Made by a program: the position numbers and the translations under genes. 64,000 nt of DNA from Acidobacteriota bacterium (GTDB lineage: Bacteria > Acidobacteriota > UBA6911 > RPQK01 > JAJDTT01): the NCBI GenBank assembly GCA_965263035.1, contig OZ253580.1, forward strand, positions 5,632,001 through 5,696,000, read 5' to 3'. Positions within the stretch are counted from its first letter, which is position 1, and the number at the start of each line of letters is the position of its first letter. This document shows, piece after piece, positions 60,254 through 64,000 of the stretch. The notes beneath the pieces are model-generated. The model saw nothing but the letters and a program-made list of their open reading frames with translations. It did no database searches and was not told where the DNA came from.

Positions 60254-60314
60254 GAGAGAAGAGGTCCTGCTGCCGTGCGAGAGTTCGGGTTGGGGCTGGT
60301 AGACTGGGTTTGCT

Positions 60315-62345
60315 GTGGGGGACGCGAAGAAAATTTCATTTAAGGATGTCGTCGGGTCAGGTGTGGAGTGGTCCGGGGTGCGGACCCGGAGCGCGGGGCC
60401 GGAGGGTCAGCTCCCCTTGACCGAGGAGATGCTGCTCCATGAGCCCAGCGGCAATCTCTTCGGCTGGACCCAGGACGTGGGGATGGGTTGGAGTCCCGGG
60501 AAGGTCGACCGGGAGGCCTATCTGATCTTGAGCACCCAGGGCGGCCTGCGGGACGCGGATGGGACTCCACTGGCCCTGGGGTACCACACGGGACACTGGG
60601 AGATCGGCCTGCTGGCGGCGGCGGCGGCCGGCGTCTTCCGGGACCAGGGAGCCCGCCCCTATGCGGCCTATTGCAGCGACCCCTGCGACGGCCGGAGCCA
60701 GGGAACGGAGGGGATGATGGACAGCCTCCCCTACCGTAACGACGCTGCTACGGTCCTGAAGCGGCTGGTGAGGTCCCTCCCGACTCGACAGGGCGTCCTG
60801 GGGATCGGAACTTGCGACAAGGGACTGCCGGCCATGCTCATGGCGCTGGCGGGCTGTGCCGGGTTGCCGGGAGTCATCGTCCCCGGCGGCGTCACGCTGC
60901 CTCCCACCAACGGGGAAGATGCGGGAACGGTGCAGACCATCGGCGCCCGTTTCGCCCACGGACTCATCAGCCTGCAGGACGCCGCAGCCATGGGGTGCCG
61001 GGCCTGCGCCTCGCCGGGCGGGGGATGCCAGTTTCTGGGAACTGCGGCCACGGCGCAGGTGGTGGCCGAGGGACTGGGAATGGCTCTGCCTCACACGGCC
61101 CTGAGTCCTTCGGGCCAGCCGGTCTGGCTGGACGCGGCCCGGCGGTCGGCCCTGGCGCTCATGCGGCTCAGGGAACGGGCTCTGCCCTTGTCCCGGATCC
61201 TGACCCCGGCATCCCTGGAGAACGCCATGCTGGTCCATGCCGCGTTCGGGGGCTCCACCAACCTGTTGCTCCACATTCCGGCCATCGCCCACGCCGCCGG
61301 TCTGAAGCCGCCCCGGGTCGAGGATTGGAACCGGGTCAATCGAAGCACGCCCCGCCTCGTGGACGCCCTTCCCAATGGGCCTCGCAACCATCCCACCATC
61401 CAGGTTTTCCTGGCCGGGGGTGTTCCGGAAGTGATGCTCCACCTTCGGGGCCTGGGCCTCCTGAACCTGGAGGCGCGGACGGTGACGGGGGAGAAGTTGG
61501 GAGACGTGCTGGACTGGTGGCAGGAGAGCCGGCGCCGCCGGGATTGCCGCCGCGTGCTGCAACGGTCCGGCGAGGCGGACGTGGACCAGATCATCATGGA
61601 CCCCGAGACGGCCCGCCGGAACGGACTCACCAGCACCGTCGTCTTTCCTTCCGGGAACCTGGCTCCCGAGGGTTCGGTGATCAAGGCTACCGCCATCGAC
61701 CCGAGTCTGGTGGACGAGCGACAGGTCTACCGGCACCGGGGACCGGCCCGGGTTTTCTGCTCGGAGCGGGAGGCGGTGAGGGCCCTCAAGGGCCTGGGGC
61801 CCCGGTCCGTCCGGTCGGGGGACGTCCTGGTCCTGGCCGGCCTGGGACCCTCAGGCACCGGAATGGAGGAGATCTATCAGGTCACCTCGGCCCTCAAGTT
61901 CATTCCGTGGGGCAAGACGGTGCCCGTACTCACCGACGCCCGCTTCTCGGGGGTGTCCACCGGTCCCTGTATCGGACATGTCGGTCCGGAAGCGCTGGCC
62001 GGCGGACCCATCGGCCGAGTCCGGGACGGGGACCTTGTGGAGCTGGTCATCGACCGCCGCCGCCTGGAGGGCCGGATCAACTTCCTGGGACCCGACGGGG
62101 CGGAGGTCTCCGAAGCCGAGGCGGATCGAATCCTCGAGGGAAGGGAACTGCATCCCGAGCTCGCCCCCCATCCCCGCCTTCCGGCCGACACCCGGCTCTG
62201 GGCGGCGCTCCAGTCGGCGAGCGGCGGCGTCTGGCTCGGCTGCGTCTACGACGTGGATCGGATCGTCCAGCTTCTGGAGGCGGGCCGCCGGGCGATTGGA
62301 GAAGGGGAGGCTTCAGACCCTCCTGGAAATGGCGCCGGAAATTGA
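60315..62345 (+). CDS. YjhG/YagF family D-xylonate dehydratase
   Basis: [65 protein letters not shown]. Confidence 0.92.
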   Translation: MGDAKKISFKDVVGSGVEWSGVRTRSAGPEGQLPLTEEMLLHEPSGNLFGWTQDVGMGWSPGKVDREAYLILSTQGGLRDADGTPLALGYHTGHWEIGLLAAAAAGVFRDQGARPYAAYCSDPCDGRSQGTEGMMDSLPYRNDAATVLKRLVRSLPTRQGVLGIGTCDKGLPAMLMALAGCAGLPGVIVPGGVTLPPTNGEDAGTVQTIGARFAHGLISLQDAAAMGCRACASPGGGCQFLGTAATAQVVAEGLGMALPHTALSPSGQPVWLDAARRSALALMRLRERALPLSRILTPASLENAMLVHAAFGGSTNLLLHIPAIAHAAGLKPPRVEDWNRVNRSTPRLVDALPNGPRNHPTIQVFLAGGVPEVMLHLRGLGLLNLEARTVTGEKLGDVLDWWQESRRRRDCRRVLQRSGEADVDQIIMDPETARRNGLTSTVVFPSGNLAPEGSVIKATAIDPSLVDERQVYRHRGPARVFCSEREAVRALKGLGPRSVRSGDVLVLAGLGPSGTGMEEIYQVTSALKFIPWGKTVPVLTDARFSGVSTGPCIGHVGPEALAGGPIGRVRDGDLVELVIDRRRLEGRINFLGPDGAEVSEAEADRILEGRELHPELAPHPRLPADTRLWAALQSASGGVWLGCVYDVDRIVQLLEAGRRAIGEGEASDPPGNGAGN

Positions 62346-62411
62346 ACGGAACGACCCTTCTCCTCGTGCTATGAATTTGGCCGTCAAATCTTTGGAGAAG
62401 AAGAGGCGCCC

Positions 62412-64000
62412 TTGTCACTGACGCCTGAACAGCGAGCACGCGAGGAGATCGACGCGCAGTTGGAGGCCTGCGGGTGGATGGTTCAGGACTTCGCGTCCAT
62501 GCACATCCACGCGAGGCGCGGCGTGGCCGTTCGGGAGTTTCCGCTGAAGTGGAAAGATGGCACCACGATCAAGTCCGGGTCGGCGGACTACCTGCTCTAT
62601 GCCGACGGGTGGGCCATTGGGGTCGTCGAGGCGAAGCCCGCGGGGCACACTCTCGAAGGGGTTGTTGTCCAGTCGAAGCGCTACACGGAAGGGCTTGACG
62701 AACGGATTCCCGCGCGGTACCGCCCCCTTCCCTTTGCCTACTAGTCCACCGGCAAGGTCACCCAGTTCACCAACGGCCTCGACCCACACCCGCGCAGCCG
62801 GGAGATCTTCACCTTCCACCGGCCCGAAGAGCTGATCCGGCAGCAAGACCTGGGATCGGCACAACTGCGCCGGACACTCCGGCAGATGCCGGTATTGCCG
62901 CAAGGCAGACTATGGCCCGTCCAGCACGAGGCCATCCGGAATCTCGAGCGGTCGCTCGCCCACGGCCGCCCCCGCGCACTGATTCAGATGGCCACCGGGA
63001 GCGGCAAGACCTTCACGGCGGTCTCAGCCTGCTACCGCCTTATCAAGCACGCCAATGCCAAGAGAATCCTCTTCCTGGTGGACCGCAACAATTTGGGACG
63101 CCAGACGCTGAACGAGTTCCAGCAGTTCCGAGATACTGGGTCCGCCTACACCTTTGCCGAGGAGTTCCCGGTCCAGCACCTGCGCGGCAACGCCATCGAT
63201 CCTGCCAGCAAGGTGGTCGTCACGACGATTCAGCGGCTTTACTCGATCCTCAAGGGCGATCCGGAGTACGACCCGGCCAACGAGGACGAATCGCTCTTCG
63301 AGTCTGCCCGCCTGCCGCGCAGCGAGCCCGTCCCCGTCTCCTACATCCCGGACCTTCCCGTCGAGACCTTCGACTTCATCATCATCGACGAGTGCCACCG
63401 ATCCATCTACAACGTGTGGCGGCAGGTGATCGAGTACTTCGACGCCTTCCTGATCGGTCTGACGGCGACCCCGAGTCCCCGCACCATCGGGTTCTTCCAC
63501 AATAACGTCGTGCAGGACTATTCGCACACCAAGGCGGTGACGGACGGGGTCAACGTCGGCTACGACGACTATCGCATCAAGACGAAGATTTCAGAGGAGG
63601 GCGGAAGCGTGGAAGCGGGGCAGTACGTGCCCAAGCGCGACCGCCGCACCAGAAAGACAACGCTCGCGGAGCTGGAGGACGACCTCACCTAAACCGCGAA
63701 CCAACTCGACCGCGACGTGGTCGCCCCGGACCAGATTCGGCTCGTTGCGCGCACCTTCCGCGACCGGCTCTTCACGGAGATCTTCCCGGGGCGCACTGAG
63801 GTTCCCAAGACCCTCGTCTTCGCCAAGTACGACAGCCACGCCGACGACATCGTGAATATCGTCAAGGAGGAGTTCGGGAAGGGGAACGACTTCTGCCGGA
63901 AGATCACCTCGAAGACGACCGGCGTCTCGCCGGAGGACCTGCTGAGCAGCTTCCGCAATTCCTACAACCCGCGCATCGCGGTCACGGTGGACATGATTGC
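62412..64000 (+). pseudogene. hsdR: Second type I restriction subunit (EcoKI/EcoAI-like), two in-frame stops, runs off window
   Basis: PEQRAREEIDAQL, ADYLL..GVVEAK, MATGSGKT, IIDECHR, GLTATP; TAG 62742-62744 and TAA 63690-63692 interrupt one frame. Confidence 0.88.

Noticed and set aside
16265-63692. Many in-frame stops without frameshifts (recombinase 2, PIN toxin, second hsdR), suggesting stop-codon reassignment
   Set aside because: All three stop types occur and appear to replace different residues (G, Q, R, E, Y), and core genes end normally with TAG, TGA and TAA; ordinary pseudogenisation fits better

Overview
GC-rich bacterial chromosome segment. The gene content (PQQ-like propeller, Sel1-TonB_C fusion, IS1182-type transposase) resembles Acidobacteriota, but that is only inference. 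The left flank (1-11.5 kb) is housekeeping: partial polB, a phosphate uptake operon (OprO/P porin-pstSCAB-phoU) and ilvD. From about 11.5 to 40.1 kb a mosaic defence/mobile island lies at the 3' side of a divergent tRNA-Leu(TAA). It holds four tyrosine recombinases, each with a recognisable candidate recombination site directly upstream: one loxP-like 13-8-13 site, two homologous 34-bp sites and one dif-like site. The island also carries a KAP NTPase, a DUF6602 nuclease-like gene, a PIN-like/2TM protein, a translationally coupled NYN nuclease + NACHT ATPase pair (best candidate for an undescribed defence system), an intact type I R-M system with an embedded decayed TA module, phage portal/HNH relics and an internally deleted IS1182. 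The right flank (40-64 kb) is metabolic (hemH, ispH, queF, panBC, sppA, partial ebo cluster, ehuBCD, xylonate dehydratase) and ends in a pseudogenised second hsdR. Two families of ~160-bp palindromic MITEs occur in five copies. One copy sits in frame inside the porin gene and three supply gene stop codons. All calls are by eye from motifs; no searches were run.
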